NCBI GenBank assembly: GCA_963729585.1
Contig: CAVSOJ010000017.1
Coordinates: 4-64,003, forward strand
Direction: 5' to 3'
DNA: 64,000 nt
From: Nitrospirota bacterium
GTDB lineage: Bacteria; Nitrospirota; Nitrospiria; Nitrospirales; Nitrospiraceae
The position numbers and the translations under genes were made by a program. The notes beneath the pieces were generated by a model. It saw only the letters and a program-made list of their open reading frames with translations. It was not told the origin of the DNA and made no database searches. Positions 29,901 through 40,121 of the stretch are shown here, piece after piece. The stretch's first letter is position 1. Each line of letters begins with the position of its first letter.

Positions 29901-30770
29901 ATGCTGATTCAAGCCGGCTGGACCCAGAGGGTTGCGCGGACGCAGGCCATCATGTCAGCTGCCTGGCAGATTCTGAGAGAAGACAAGACTCTGTTGCTCC
30001 TGCCCATCGCCTCATCTGTCTGTCTGATGGTGCTCACAGCCTCGTTCGCCATGCCTGCGATTCTCGATGCACTGACTGGGGCCTCAGTTTCTGACGAACT
30101 TGCTCGGGCCGGATCACTGTCCTACGTCGGCATGTTTCTATTCTATGTGGTGACCTACGGGGTTGCCATTTTCTTCAATGCCGCCCTTGCGATCTGTGTC
30201 TTGCGGAAGTTGGAGGGAAAGCAATCGACGATTCTGGATGGGTTGCGTGAGGCCTTGTCCTGTTTCCCTCAGATTCTCGGCTGGGCGGTGGTCTCAGCGA
30301 CCATCGGGGTCGTCCTCAAAGCGATCGAACGCCGGTCTGGGTTCGTCGGGAGCATCATGGTGCGTGTGTTGGGTGTGGCATGGAGCGTCGCCACGTTTCT
30401 CGTGGTGCCTGTGTTGGTCGCGGAAAGAAAAGGTCCGCTCGAAGCCATTCAAGAGTCCGTGCAGTTACTCAGAAGAACCTGGGGAGAAAACCTCCTAGCT
30501 GGCCTCGGGTTCGGGCTGCTCTACTTTTTCTGGGCCATCCCGGGCGTGTTTGGCTTCATTATCGGCGCCGGTATGATCGCCTCCCATCCATTTCTCGCCA
30601 TTGTGATCATGGTACTTGCCATCATCTATTTTCCGCTCTTAGGCCTTGTGCTTTCCACGATGTCGACCATCTTCGACGTTGTGCTCTACCGGTACGCAAG
30701 CACAGGCACCGTCACTCCGGGCTTCGACCGTGACCTGCTCCAAACAACCTTCGTGACCAAGGCACCATAA
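29901..30770 (+). CDS. polytopic membrane protein (DUF6159-like)
   Basis: ATG 29901. WQILREDKTLLLLPIASSV followed by 5-6 TM segments. The family name is tentative. Confidence 0.55.
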   Translation: MLIQAGWTQRVARTQAIMSAAWQILREDKTLLLLPIASSVCLMVLTASFAMPAILDALTGASVSDELARAGSLSYVGMFLFYVVTYGVAIFFNAALAICVLRKLEGKQSTILDGLREALSCFPQILGWAVVSATIGVVLKAIERRSGFVGSIMVRVLGVAWSVATFLVVPVLVAERKGPLEAIQESVQLLRRTWGENLLAGLGFGLLYFFWAIPGVFGFIIGAGMIASHPFLAIVIMVLAIIYFPLLGLVLSTMSTIFDVVLYRYASTGTVTPGFDRDLLQTTFVTKAP

Positions 30771-31420
30771 AAAGCAGGCCATTGAAGTAGGGGATGTTTG
30801 AATTGGTGAGGGCGTGCTTCTTAGGAAGATACGACCTTACGGGATGGTATTGGAAGGCTTCAGTCTGGTTGACCGGCGCCTCTCGTTTTCTTCCCGCATG
30901 TAACGTAATTCAAGGTCCACTCCGGCGATAGTACTGGTCTCACTCCAATCCCGGTTCGTAAATGACACGAGGCGGTGAAGAGCGAAGTCCGAAAAAATAC
31001 AACGAAACCGGAAAGGCTCGTATGAAAATACCTACAACGGTTCACCTACTAAGGTGGTATTGCAGGAAAGCGATATATGGCGAGACAATCCAAAAAATGT
31101 GACTTAACCGTCCGGTTTGTGAGCGTAGGCGGTTGTTTTATCGAACGTTGAGTGAACGGCATGGAATTTGTGGAGGGCTATGGCAGTCAAAGTTACGGAT
31201 TGTTTCGCAGAACCTTAACCCATAGCATGCGATTTGCCTAAGGCTACGGAGATCGCGGTGCGGCTCGCCAGTTATTATCATAGCCCGTACTCATATGTGG
31301 TCTGAATGCTGATGTGGTCAAAAATTGACAGAACAGGTGGTGAAACATGAGGTCCAAGAACTACCGAAAACAGATGCTTAAATGGCCTCGCGCATCGCGC
31401 GAACGTAGGAAACGTTCAGG

Positions 31421-31654
31421 CTACCCCGTCTTTTTTTGTGGCTCCAGCAACTTCTCCCCCTTCTTGAACACCCCGTAGATCGCCTGCGAGGGACAGGCAT
31501 CCAGACAGAGACGGCAGCTTTCCAGGCAGCGAGAAGAATCGAACTTGTAGGGAGGGGTCGAGAGCCAGGCCCCGGTTGGGCAGATTGGAACACAAATGGC
31601 TTGATGGGTGCAGCGGTCTGGATGGCGGATGAGGTGATCGCGAATGACCATCAT
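31421..31654 (-). CDS. ferredoxin-like Cys-cluster protein
   Basis: CTHQAICVPICP and CLESCRLCLDACP, which are atypically spaced 4Fe-4S-like motifs. Confidence 0.5.
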   Translation of the reverse strand: MMVIRDHLIRHPDRCTHQAICVPICPTGAWLSTPPYKFDSSRCLESCRLCLDACPSQAIYGVFKKGEKLLEPQKKTG

Positions 31655-31719
31655 AGGTTTGACTCCTTCAAAGAGACCTTGGGAAAAAATGTCGAACATG
31701 TTTCTATCAGGGAGGCTGC

Positions 31720-32133
31720 TCACTTCCACTCCTTCACAAGCTCTTTCAAGCGATCTTTCAACTCCGGAATCTGTTCCAGATTGTTTTGAATCGCTCCGAG
31801 AATCTTATCGACCCTGGCTGACCTGAGGGCATCTTTATCCTTCTTGACCAGACGATCATACTCCACATAAGCCGTCCGGTGCGTAGACTCGAGGAGTGTC
31901 CGTGCCACCGCTAACGCCTCGCCCAACTCATAGGGTTCCGGCGACATCGGTGGCACGATGGTAAAGGTGCCATCGGTGCACACCAGCACGGCGGCTCCCT
32001 GTTTCCCCTTGAGGGGGATGACGGCCTTGATGGTTTTTCCCTCCAAGGTCTCCCAGTTTCCGAGTAGCCCGGGAAACTGTTTCATGAAGGCCACCTTTTC
32101 CAGGTTGGCTTTCCACTTTTCTTCGACGGCCAT
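31720..32133 (-). CDS. hypothetical protein
   Basis: 137-aa ORF between the two ferredoxin genes on the same strand. No family recognised. Confidence 0.5.
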   Translation of the reverse strand: MAVEEKWKANLEKVAFMKQFPGLLGNWETLEGKTIKAVIPLKGKQGAAVLVCTDGTFTIVPPMSPEPYELGEALAVARTLLESTHRTAYVEYDRLVKKDKDALRSARVDKILGAIQNNLEQIPELKDRLKELVKEWK

Positions 32134-32154
32134 AATGGTCCTTGTAATGCGACG

Positions 32155-32505
32155 CTACGATTTGAGCGGAGGGAGTGTCGTGGGAGCCGGGTGATCGGGC
32201 ATGACGAGACGGGTCACGACCTCGCCCTTGATGACGTGGCGCTCCATGATTTCCGTCACGTCCGCTTCAGATTTGACTTGATACCACACGCCTTCGGGAT
32301 AGATCACGACGCTTGGTCCTTGGGCACAATGATCGAGACACCCGGCTTTGTTGGCGCGTACGACGTCTTTCAAGTCCAGACGCTTCGCTTCTTGCTTGAA
32401 GTGCGCATGGAGCGCCTCAGATCCAAGCTTGGAGCAACTCCCGCGGGGATCGTCGGGGCTTCGTTGGTTTGTACAGACGAAAATATGACGGCTAAAGGTG
32501 GACAC
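32155..32505 (-). CDS. thioredoxin-like [2Fe-2S] ferredoxin
   Basis: IFVCTNQR...GSC.....AGCLDHCAQGPSVVIYPEGVWY is the classic (2Fe-2S) ferredoxin pattern. Confidence 0.85.
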   Translation of the reverse strand: MSTFSRHIFVCTNQRSPDDPRGSCSKLGSEALHAHFKQEAKRLDLKDVVRANKAGCLDHCAQGPSVVIYPEGVWYQVKSEADVTEIMERHVIKGEVVTRLVMPDHPAPTTLPPLKS

Positions 32506-32517
32506 GAATGGTTCCTA

Positions 32518-32925
32518 CTAGGATTGCATCGTGGTCGTTTGCATGCGGCCGATCAATTGTGTGACGTCCGTTGCAGTCAGGAACGGGGAGCGGCCTGCCG
32601 TTCCTGCCAGGATTGCCGCGATCTCTCGCAGTCGTAGCGAGGCCCGTTGAAATTCTTCCTGGGCAGAGAGGACGGAGCCTTGGCCTGCCGTGAGCTTGTC
32701 GAATTCCCCCAGGATATCGCGAAAGTCCCGCTGGAGATTCTTCTGCATCGAACAGCCTTCGCAGTACCATTTAGGGCTTTGATCGGTTGAGGGAGACAAT
32801 CGATCATAGGTTCGACCGAAAAAGTCCTTCCCAAGCGATAACTTCATGAGCGCGGTGCCGGTAGCGCCGCAGGCATTGCAGGACCCAGCCGTGGAATCCA
32901 TAGAGCTTCCCCCTCTGTCGATCAT
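32518..32925 (-). CDS. zinc-ribbon-like hypothetical protein
   Basis: CNAC ... CEGC pair followed by a helical C-terminal half. The start is possibly Met 32901. Confidence 0.5.
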   Translation of the reverse strand: MIDRGGSSMDSTAGSCNACGATGTALMKLSLGKDFFGRTYDRLSPSTDQSPKWYCEGCSMQKNLQRDFRDILGEFDKLTAGQGSVLSAQEEFQRASLRLREIAAILAGTAGRSPFLTATDVTQLIGRMQTTTMQS

Positions 32926-33074
32926 AAGCCGAAGAGCGGGCGAATCTTACACCAGGCCTGCGCGCACTGTCTACTTGATGCGGACGCCTTCGAGAGCCAG
33001 TCCGTGCATTTTCACAGCCTTATATATAATATGAAGCGAGAAATGCGGAATGAATAACTCGAGGAGGAGAGACC

Positions 33075-34178
33075 ATGGTCGTTGGGGTGCCCAAAGAGAT
33101 CAAGGATCATGAGTATCGTGTGAGTGTCACGCCTGATGGGGTGCGGGCATTGCGTCAGGCCGGCCACGACGTCTGGATCGAACCATCAGCCGGAGCCGGT
33201 AGTGGATACTCGGATGAGGACTACCGGAGTGCCGGCGCTACGATGGCAGAATCAAAAGAGCAACTGTTTCAGCGGGCGACGCTCATTGTAAAGGTTAAGG
33301 AACCGCTGCTTCCCGAGTGCCGCTTCTTCCATCCGGGGCAGACTCTGTTTACCTATCTGCATTTGGCTTCCTTGCCGGATCTGACGAAGGCCCTCCTGGA
33401 TACCACAATCACCGCGATTGCCTATGAGACGATTGAGGCGAAAGACGGCACGCGGCCGATGCTCAAGCCCATGAGCGAGATCGCGGGGCGAATGTCGGTC
33501 CAGATCGGCGCGCGCTATCTGGAAAAGACGCAAGGCGGGCGCGGGCTGCTGTTGGCCGGCGTGCCAGGTGTAGAGCCGGGAAAGGTTGTGGTGCTTGGGG
33601 CTGGCGTGGTGGGGAGCGCGGCGACTCGGATTGCCGTCGGGATGGGGGCTCAGGTGACGGTGATCAATCTCGACCTTGAACGGCTCGAGGCACTCGACGA
33701 GTTGTATCGTGGTCGAATTGTGACGCGCGCCTCCACGCAAGATGCAATTGACGAGTCAGTGATCGCTGCTGATCTTGTCATCGGGGCAGTGCTCGTTCCC
33801 GGGGGCCGAGCGCCACAACTGGTCTCGCGAGGATTGGTGGCGCGTATGAAGCCGGGAGCCGTAGTGGTGGACGTCGCAGTGGATCAAGGAGGCTGCTTCG
33901 AGACCACGAAACCTACGACCCATTCGAATCCGGTCTATGTGGTGGACGGGGTGCTCCATTACTGTGTTCCCAACATGCCGGGGATCGTTCCGCGTACGTC
34001 GACTGCCGCGTTGACGAATGCGACACTTCCGTATCTTCTGCGTCTCGCCTCCCAAGGGGTGGAGAAGGCCGTCCAGTCAGACGCCGGACTGGCGAAGGGC
34101 GTGAACCTGTCGGACGGCAAGATAACCTGTCGAGCGGTGGCCGATGCTCACGGCTTGCGTTTCGACCCCCTGATGTAA
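33075..34178 (+). CDS. ald: alanine dehydrogenase
   Basis: [16 protein letters not shown] start, [11 protein letters not shown] fold, HYCVPNMPG. Confidence 0.95.
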   Translation: MVVGVPKEIKDHEYRVSVTPDGVRALRQAGHDVWIEPSAGAGSGYSDEDYRSAGATMAESKEQLFQRATLIVKVKEPLLPECRFFHPGQTLFTYLHLASLPDLTKALLDTTITAIAYETIEAKDGTRPMLKPMSEIAGRMSVQIGARYLEKTQGGRGLLLAGVPGVEPGKVVVLGAGVVGSAATRIAVGMGAQVTVINLDLERLEALDELYRGRIVTRASTQDAIDESVIAADLVIGAVLVPGGRAPQLVSRGLVARMKPGAVVVDVAVDQGGCFETTKPTTHSNPVYVVDGVLHYCVPNMPGIVPRTSTAALTNATLPYLLRLASQGVEKAVQSDAGLAKGVNLSDGKITCRAVADAHGLRFDPLM

Positions 34179-34216
34179 GACAATCCCTCCTCGCTTCGTG
34201 GTTCAGTTGATTTTGT

Positions 34217-34293
<77 letters not shown>

Positions 34294-34678
34294 AACCAAG
34301 CTTGCTCGTGCCGTTGGCCGCTGTATAGATTTTGCTACGACGGCCAGCGGATAAATCCCTCGCATAGATCTTTCTCTATATACATTCCGCACTTCGAATC
34401 AACCAGGACCTCTGTATCGCTGTATCGAATTGAGGCGCCGGATACACACCATCAATCTCTCCAGCAATGGTTCGTGAACTCTCCGTGCATGGATATGGAG
34501 TTGTTGCGTCAGGCCGGCGATCATCGAATCTCATCCAGCGTTTCCGTTCTTTTCTTTCCGAACTGTTGCGTGAAGGTTTCTCGCGCAGAATCGCAAAACG
34601 CGTGACGCTTCTGCGGAGGTGTGAGAATATCCGTTCGTTGGATGGGCATCTTCGGTAACCCAGATTCTGCCTGCATGT

Positions 34679-34975
34679 ATGGCCGAACCAATTGAACCGT
34701 CAGAACTGCGAGCGAGGCTGGTGGTGAAGGGAAAAGTCCAAGGAGTCGGGTTTCGAATGTTCGCGGCTCGCGTTGCATTGCAGCGAGGACTCTGCGGAGG
34801 GGTTAGGAATCTCGATGATGGCCGAGTCGAACTCGAAGTTGAGGGACCCAAAGACCAGATTCTGGTCCTGATCCAAGACGTAAAGACTGGGCCGCCTGCG
34901 TCGCGAGTGGTAGCAGTTGAAGTCGAATGGAGTCCGGCGACAGGGCGATTTTCAGATTTTCAAGTGTGGTACTGA
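34679..34975 (+). CDS. acyP: acylphosphatase
   Basis: VKGKVQGVGFRMF and GGVRNLDDGRVE motifs. Confidence 0.9.
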   Translation: MAEPIEPSELRARLVVKGKVQGVGFRMFAARVALQRGLCGGVRNLDDGRVELEVEGPKDQILVLIQDVKTGPPASRVVAVEVEWSPATGRFSDFQVWY

Positions 34976-35063
34976 ACGAAGAAGTTAGGAGCGACGGAAC
35001 GTATGGCGCGAGGAGGCGAGGAGTTACGCGATCTGGGCGAAGCACGCCGCCACGTCATCGACC

Positions 35064-35972
35064 ATGACGACGAGGACGCTGGCCGCGTCGTCGGAAGTGG
35101 AGGAGTCGCCTGCCGACGAGGAGAAGCCGGGTCGCCGTTCCGAAGGGTTGGATACCCTCAAGTGCTACTTGCGCGAGATCCGTCACTCGACCTTGCTGAC
35201 GTTTAAGCAGGAGCAGCAGCTGGGCAAGCGGGTTATGGCGGGCGACGAACAGGCACGCCAAGAGATGATCGAATCAAATCTCCGTCTGGTGATCAGTATC
35301 GGCAAGCGATACATGCATCGTGGGTTTCCCTTCTCCGATGTCATCGAAGAGGGCAATCTTGGGCTCATCAAGGCCGTCGAAAAATTCAATTACAAGCGCG
35401 GGTTTCGCTTCAGTACGTACGCGTCCTGGTGGATCAGGCAGTACATCGAACGAGCGATTATCAATCAGGGAAAACTCGTGCGGTTGCCGGTGCACGTCGT
35501 GGAGCGGCTGAATCGCTATCTCGGCAAAGTGGAGCAGCTTGTCCAGGAACTCGGCCGAGAACCGACCGCGTCAGAAGTGGCGGCACGGCTGAAGACGACG
35601 GACGAAGAGGTGTTGGATCTCAAGCAAGTGGTCCGTACGACCTGTTCGTTGGACAGTCCGATCCACGACGGCGCGGATACCTTCTTGCGCGATGTGATTG
35701 AGGACCCTTCGTGTGCCTCGCCTGCCGATACGGCCGAGGGGGTCATGCGTCGGGCGGAAATGATGGAATGGGTGCAGGAGTTGCCTGAGAAAGAGCAAAC
35801 TGTTATTGTGTCGCGCTTTGGGCTCGATGGGAGTGAGGCCAAGACGTTGGAAGAAATCGGCCGGGAGATGGGGTTGACCCGTGAGCGGGTCCGGCAGATT
35901 GAAATGGCCGCCTTGGCGCATTTGCGCCGTACCATTGAACGCAAGACCATGACACAATCCGACTTGCTCTGA
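35064..35972 (+). CDS. sigma-70 family sigma factor, RpoS-like (group 2)
   Basis: Regions 1.2 to 4 are present: [61 protein letters not shown]. Confidence 0.9.
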   Translation: MTTRTLAASSEVEESPADEEKPGRRSEGLDTLKCYLREIRHSTLLTFKQEQQLGKRVMAGDEQARQEMIESNLRLVISIGKRYMHRGFPFSDVIEEGNLGLIKAVEKFNYKRGFRFSTYASWWIRQYIERAIINQGKLVRLPVHVVERLNRYLGKVEQLVQELGREPTASEVAARLKTTDEEVLDLKQVVRTTCSLDSPIHDGADTFLRDVIEDPSCASPADTAEGVMRRAEMMEWVQELPEKEQTVIVSRFGLDGSEAKTLEEIGREMGLTRERVRQIEMAALAHLRRTIERKTMTQSDLL

Positions 35973-35975
35973 TCG

Positions 35976-36500
35976 ATGACCGCCGTCAATTATCACGCCC
36001 TCATTCGCGAAGTCCCCGATTTCCCCAAGCCCGGCATTCTCTTCTACGACATCACCACGCTGCTCAAAGACGCCCGCGCCCTGTCGTCGCTTGCCGATGA
36101 ATTGACCGCCTACTATCAGGGACAGCGGATCAGCAAAGTCATCGGCATTGAATCGCGCGGGTTCATTTTCGCGGGGATACTGGCGAACCGGTTGAACGCC
36201 GGGTTCGTTCCAGTCCGGAAGCCCGGCAAGTTGCCTTCCGACAGTTTTGAAGTCAAATACAGCCTCGAGTACGGATCGAACTCCCTGGCCATCCACCGCG
36301 ATGCGATTGCCGTGGGAGAACGGGTGCTGATTGTGGACGATTTGCTGGCCACGGGGGGCACGGCGGCCGCGACGGTGTCTCTCGTTCGACAGTTGGGAGG
36401 CGAGATCGCCGGGCTCGACTTTCTCGTGGAACTCCAAAGCCTTAAGGGCCGAGACAAACTGATCGGGTACCCCATCCATTCGACGATCATCTATCCCTAG
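35976..36500 (+). CDS. apt: adenine phosphoribosyltransferase
   Basis: [12 protein letters not shown] and the PRPP loop [13 protein letters not shown]. Confidence 0.95.
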   Translation: MTAVNYHALIREVPDFPKPGILFYDITTLLKDARALSSLADELTAYYQGQRISKVIGIESRGFIFAGILANRLNAGFVPVRKPGKLPSDSFEVKYSLEYGSNSLAIHRDAIAVGERVLIVDDLLATGGTAAATVSLVRQLGGEIAGLDFLVELQSLKGRDKLIGYPIHSTIIYP

Positions 36501-36734
36501 GGGCGCAGAAGTTCCTTCCCCACAACCACTTGTCAAAGGCGGGAGCGCCGTGCTATGAATGCCGGACTTTTTTTCAGCTGTTTGATGTGAAACCGAGGAA
36601 CAGGATCGCCATGGCAACAAAAACTCCCGCCAAGAAGAAACCGGTGGCGAAGGCCAAGGTGCCAGCGAAGCTCGCGAAACCAGCGCAGCAAACCAAAGCC
36701 CGCTGTCATTGAAGTTCCCGACAAAGTCCTCAGC

Positions 36735-37178
36735 ATGACCGTCTCTCCCCTGGCTGCCAAGCCGAAAGAATCGGCCAAAGAACGCGAAGATCGGGAGCGC
36801 CGCCGCCACGTCCTTCAACAGATGTTGATGCGGAAGCGCCAGGAAATCATCAAAGAGATCGAGGGGAGTCTGGGCCAATCCCTCATTGAAGATAAACAGC
36901 GACGGCTCGAGTCTGCGCGCGACGTCGGCGATCAAGCCCTCATGGATCTTGATCGCGAGTTGGGCATTTCCCTGATGGAAATGCGCAATCGGCGCCGCCA
37001 GGCCATCGATGAAGCCTTGACGAGGCTCAACGAAGGCACCTACGGCATCTGCGCGGAATGTGGCGTGGAGATCAGTGAGCGGAGATTGGAAGCCGTGCCG
37101 TTTGCGAAGCTCTGCGTCGAGTGTCAGTCGAAAGAAGAGCTGCTGGAAAAAATCGAGCGAGAAGAAGATCGCGACTAG
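36735..37178 (+). CDS. dksA: DksA/TraR family C4 zinc-finger protein
   Basis: Coiled-coil N-terminal half. CAECGVEISERRLEAVPFAKLCVEC. Confidence 0.9.
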   Translation: MTVSPLAAKPKESAKEREDRERRRHVLQQMLMRKRQEIIKEIEGSLGQSLIEDKQRRLESARDVGDQALMDLDRELGISLMEMRNRRRQAIDEALTRLNEGTYGICAECGVEISERRLEAVPFAKLCVECQSKEELLEKIEREEDRD

Positions 37179-37321
37179 GCACTCTTCCGCGCGATCGGTT
37201 TGCTCCTTGCCTCACGTGGTCCGTACCCCGTCACTCATCATCCTGTCTCTTCCCTCGTCAGGTGAGGCTCGCGTTCCGCGACCGCGCTTGGTACCCTGCG
37301 TCGCATGCCGGGGTGGGTGTG

Positions 37322-38017
37322 ATGAAGCCAACGAGTAATCGAGCAGTCGTCTTGGCGAGCGGAGGATTGGATTCCACCGTCACGGCGGCCATTGCCAAGC
37401 AGGAGGGCTGCGAGCTCTTCTTTCTGACGATGGCCTATGGACAGCGCCATGCCGTCGAGGTGGAGCGGGCTCGGCAGGTCGCAGCCGCCTTGGGTGCGGT
37501 GAATCATCTGGTGATGAATCTGGATCTTCGCACCATCGGAGGATCGGCGCTGACCGGTCCGGTGGCAGTGCCCAAGGATCGAGCGGGCACAGAGCGCAGC
37601 CAGGGCATTCCTGTCACCTATGTGCCGGGACGGAACCTCATCTTTCTCTCGATTGCGGCAGCCCATGCGGAGGTGGTGGGAGCCTCTCTCATTTATTTTG
37701 GTGCGAACGTGCTCGACTATTCCGGCTATCCAGACTGTCGGCCTGAATTCATTCGCGCATTTGAAGCGGCGGTGAAGGAAGGCACGAAAGCCGGCACGGA
37801 AGGGAATCCCATACGAGTAAAGACCCCCTTGCTGATGATGACGAAAGCGGAAATCATCCGGCGAGGGCTCGAACTTCACGTCCCGTTTCATTTGACCCAT
37901 AGTTGTTACGATCCGATAGGGGATCGGGCTTGTGGACGGTGTGATAGTTGCGTGATCAGACGAGAGGGATTTGCCAAAGCCGGGGTTGTGGATCCCATCG
38001 CGTATGCGATAACCTGA
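37322..38017 (+). CDS. queC: 7-cyano-7-deazaguanine synthase
   Basis: VVLASGGLDST PP-loop. C-terminal CYD..CGRCDSC zinc site. Confidence 0.95.
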   Translation: MKPTSNRAVVLASGGLDSTVTAAIAKQEGCELFFLTMAYGQRHAVEVERARQVAAALGAVNHLVMNLDLRTIGGSALTGPVAVPKDRAGTERSQGIPVTYVPGRNLIFLSIAAAHAEVVGASLIYFGANVLDYSGYPDCRPEFIRAFEAAVKEGTKAGTEGNPIRVKTPLLMMTKAEIIRRGLELHVPFHLTHSCYDPIGDRACGRCDSCVIRREGFAKAGVVDPIAYAIT

Positions 38018-38137
38018 GGATGTTGAAACAGGCGGCCAGCGTCGTTCTCGCATCCCTCGGACCCTCAACGTACAGGAAAGAGTACGCTTCGGGTCCTTAC
38101 TCGCTGCGGCCTTGCTGGCCATCCTGTTTGAACATCC
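38018..38137. repeat. 120-nt extended hairpin / palindromic element abutting the queC stop
   Basis: GGATGTTGAAACAGG (38018..38032) pairs with CCTGTTTGAACATCC (38123..38137) at 14/15. GGCCAGC pairs with GCTGGCC. Inner GGACCC/GGGTCC and CGTAC/GTACG pair around the loop AGGAAAGA. Confidence 0.7.
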
Positions 38138-38319
38138 TGTAGGGGGAGTTCAATTGGCTGTGTCTCCTGAAGAATTTTTCATGTATCTCACCATCGGGCT
38201 GATCGTGCTCGTGCCGATCGGTGCTCGGCTCTATCGCCGCATGACGCTTCAACGCACGCAGCAGATGTTGCGTGAACAGTTCGCGCAACACAAGGGTACG
38301 GATCAACGGTCCTGATTTC

Positions 38320-38715
38320 ATGACAAATCCGATGACGTCACGACCTCAGATCGGAGTATGGTTGCTGGCGCTGGGCCTCCTCGTGGCCTGCGACCCCTCG
38401 CAACCACAACAAGCGGTCGGGGGCGGTCCTGTGCCGGCCGAATTCCAAGTGGGCGAAACCAAATTCAATGCGAACTGTGCGGCTTGTCATGGGGCGCAAG
38501 CGGCAGGAACCGATCACGGACCTCCGCTCGTGCATAAGATCTACGAACCGAATCATCACGGGGATCCGGCCTTCCAACGGGCTGCAGCCAACGGCGTCAG
38601 GGCGCACCATTGGGAATTTGGCAACATGCCGAAGATCGAAGGCGTCACCCCCGAGGATGTCGATCAGATCGTGAAATATGTCCGGTGGCTGCAACGCCAG
38701 GCGGGCATTCAATAG
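38320..38715 (+). CDS. c-type cytochrome lipoprotein
   Basis: Lipobox LLVAC. Heme site CAACH. The distal Met is likely in GNMP. Confidence 0.85.
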   Translation: MTNPMTSRPQIGVWLLALGLLVACDPSQPQQAVGGGPVPAEFQVGETKFNANCAACHGAQAAGTDHGPPLVHKIYEPNHHGDPAFQRAAANGVRAHHWEFGNMPKIEGVTPEDVDQIVKYVRWLQRQAGIQ

Positions 38716-38718
38716 GTC
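38530..38718 (+). repeat. 189-bp direct repeat, copy 1 (3' end of the cytochrome c gene)
   Basis: 182/189 identical to 62633..62821 by hand alignment. Confidence 0.9.
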
Positions 38719-38785
38719 CTCCTTCTTCTCGCTTTTCCTCGTTTGACATTGAAACGCCCTCCTCGTCGCCACGAGTGGTGGGCGG

Positions 38786-38813
38786 TATTATTGAAAGGAT
38801 TCCCCGGGTGGCG
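38786..38813 (+). repeat. 28-nt conserved motif, copy 1
   Basis: TATTATTGAAAGGATTCCCCGGGTGGCG versus TATTATTGAAAGGGTTCCCCGAGTGGCG at 45531..45558 (26/28). Both have TTGACA about 40 nt upstream. Confidence 0.7.
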
Positions 38814-38815
38814 CA

Positions 38816-40048
38816 ATGCCGACACAACAACGCACAATTTGGCAACGCGGAGAGCGCATGTGGGTTCGAGCTTGGACAATCATGCTGATATGTTCCTTCA
38901 TGGGAGGCTGCGCGGATTCGGCTCGCCCGGTTCTCACTCCGAGCGGCACGCCCATGCCGCGGGTCACAGTATTGACCTACAACACGTTGCATGGACTTGA
39001 GCCCAGCGGACTCACGGTCCAAGCCAGCGAATCGAAAGAGGCACGCCAGGCGCGGCTCGATCTCCAATTTCGAGAACTCTCCGTGATCCAGCCGGACGTG
39101 ATGCTCCTTCAGGAGGTCAATCCGCTCCCCGAGATGGCCGAGCGATATGTCACGGCGATGAAGGGTGTCGGTTTGCAGTATGCATCAGTTCATCAGGTGG
39201 ATGCCTGCGGCATTCGGCTCGCTCCTGGATTGGCGATTGTCCCGGGGTTGAATAACGGCTTAGCCGTGCTCGCTAAGGCCCCTCTGCTGCTGCGAAAAGT
39301 GAAAGGTCTCAAGCTCAGTGGAGGCATTGGCCGGTGCGACGATTACATGGGCTTTCAGACGGGCGCGCTTCGATACGCCCTGATGACGGAAATCGAAAAC
39401 CCGAATACTGGCAGGAAATTGCTCACGGTGAGTCTCCATCTGCACTCCGGGATTGAGCGGAGCGCATTCTTCATTCAGAAAATCAGCGAAGCCGTGGAGC
39501 AGGGGAAGGTCCGGCGTGAGGACTTCGATGGCATCGTGGCCGCGATCGAGCAAGACCAGGAAAGACGGCTCAATGAGATTCAGGTGCTCCTCAAGGAGAT
39601 CGAGAAGCTGACCGCTCAGGAGACCTATTTGGGAGTCCTCGTTGGCGGGGACTTTAATTTTGAACCCGACGACCCGGAATACCGCGAACTCGAACGCGCA
39701 GGGCTCAGAGACATCTACGCGATGGCGAGTCCCGAGACCGAGGTCTACAGTCTTGATCCTCAACGAAACGTGATCGCCGGCCAGGGCGTCCGGGAGGTGC
39801 CCTCCACACTTCGCGCCGCTCTGAAGCGACTGCCGGAGGGCCTGCAGGAGAAGATTCTTGAAGGTTATCAAAAGGGGATCAGTGAGGCGAGACGGGTTGA
39901 TTTTCTGTTTTTGATGACGCGTCCATCAGACGTTCCGAAAGGCTGTTTCCGGCAGGAACTATTCGGAGGACACGGCGCGGCGTCTGAACCAGGGTCGGAT
40001 CACTACGGCGTACTCGTCACATACATCGCCGATGCGACCCAGTGTTGA
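38816..40048 (+). CDS. endonuclease/exonuclease/phosphatase (EEP) family lipoprotein
   Basis: Lipobox-like FMGGC. VLTYNTLHG, LLQEVN, GGDFNF and the C-terminal SDHYGV motifs of the EEP fold. Confidence 0.8.
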   Translation: MPTQQRTIWQRGERMWVRAWTIMLICSFMGGCADSARPVLTPSGTPMPRVTVLTYNTLHGLEPSGLTVQASESKEARQARLDLQFRELSVIQPDVMLLQEVNPLPEMAERYVTAMKGVGLQYASVHQVDACGIRLAPGLAIVPGLNNGLAVLAKAPLLLRKVKGLKLSGGIGRCDDYMGFQTGALRYALMTEIENPNTGRKLLTVSLHLHSGIERSAFFIQKISEAVEQGKVRREDFDGIVAAIEQDQERRLNEIQVLLKEIEKLTAQETYLGVLVGGDFNFEPDDPEYRELERAGLRDIYAMASPETEVYSLDPQRNVIAGQGVREVPSTLRAALKRLPEGLQEKILEGYQKGISEARRVDFLFLMTRPSDVPKGCFRQELFGGHGAASEPGSDHYGVLVTYIADATQC

Positions 40049-40121
40049 TGAGAGGCGGTGGCGATAACCGCAAAGCCCGGCAAGTTGGCGAATGGAGATT
40101 TCACGTATGAAGGGATACTAG

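Noticed and set aside
30771-31420. RNase P RNA, tmRNA, SRP RNA or a group II intron in the ORF-free stretch.
   Set aside because: The conserved blocks are not present on either strand: GAGGAAAGTCCGG, the tRNA-like 3' end with tag ORF, the GGAAG-type SRP loop, and the domain V consensus.
37179-37321. A possible preQ1 riboswitch upstream of queC.
   Set aside because: There is no short hairpin followed by an A-rich tail, nor any other preQ1-I/II feature. The region is GC-rich and unstructured by eye.
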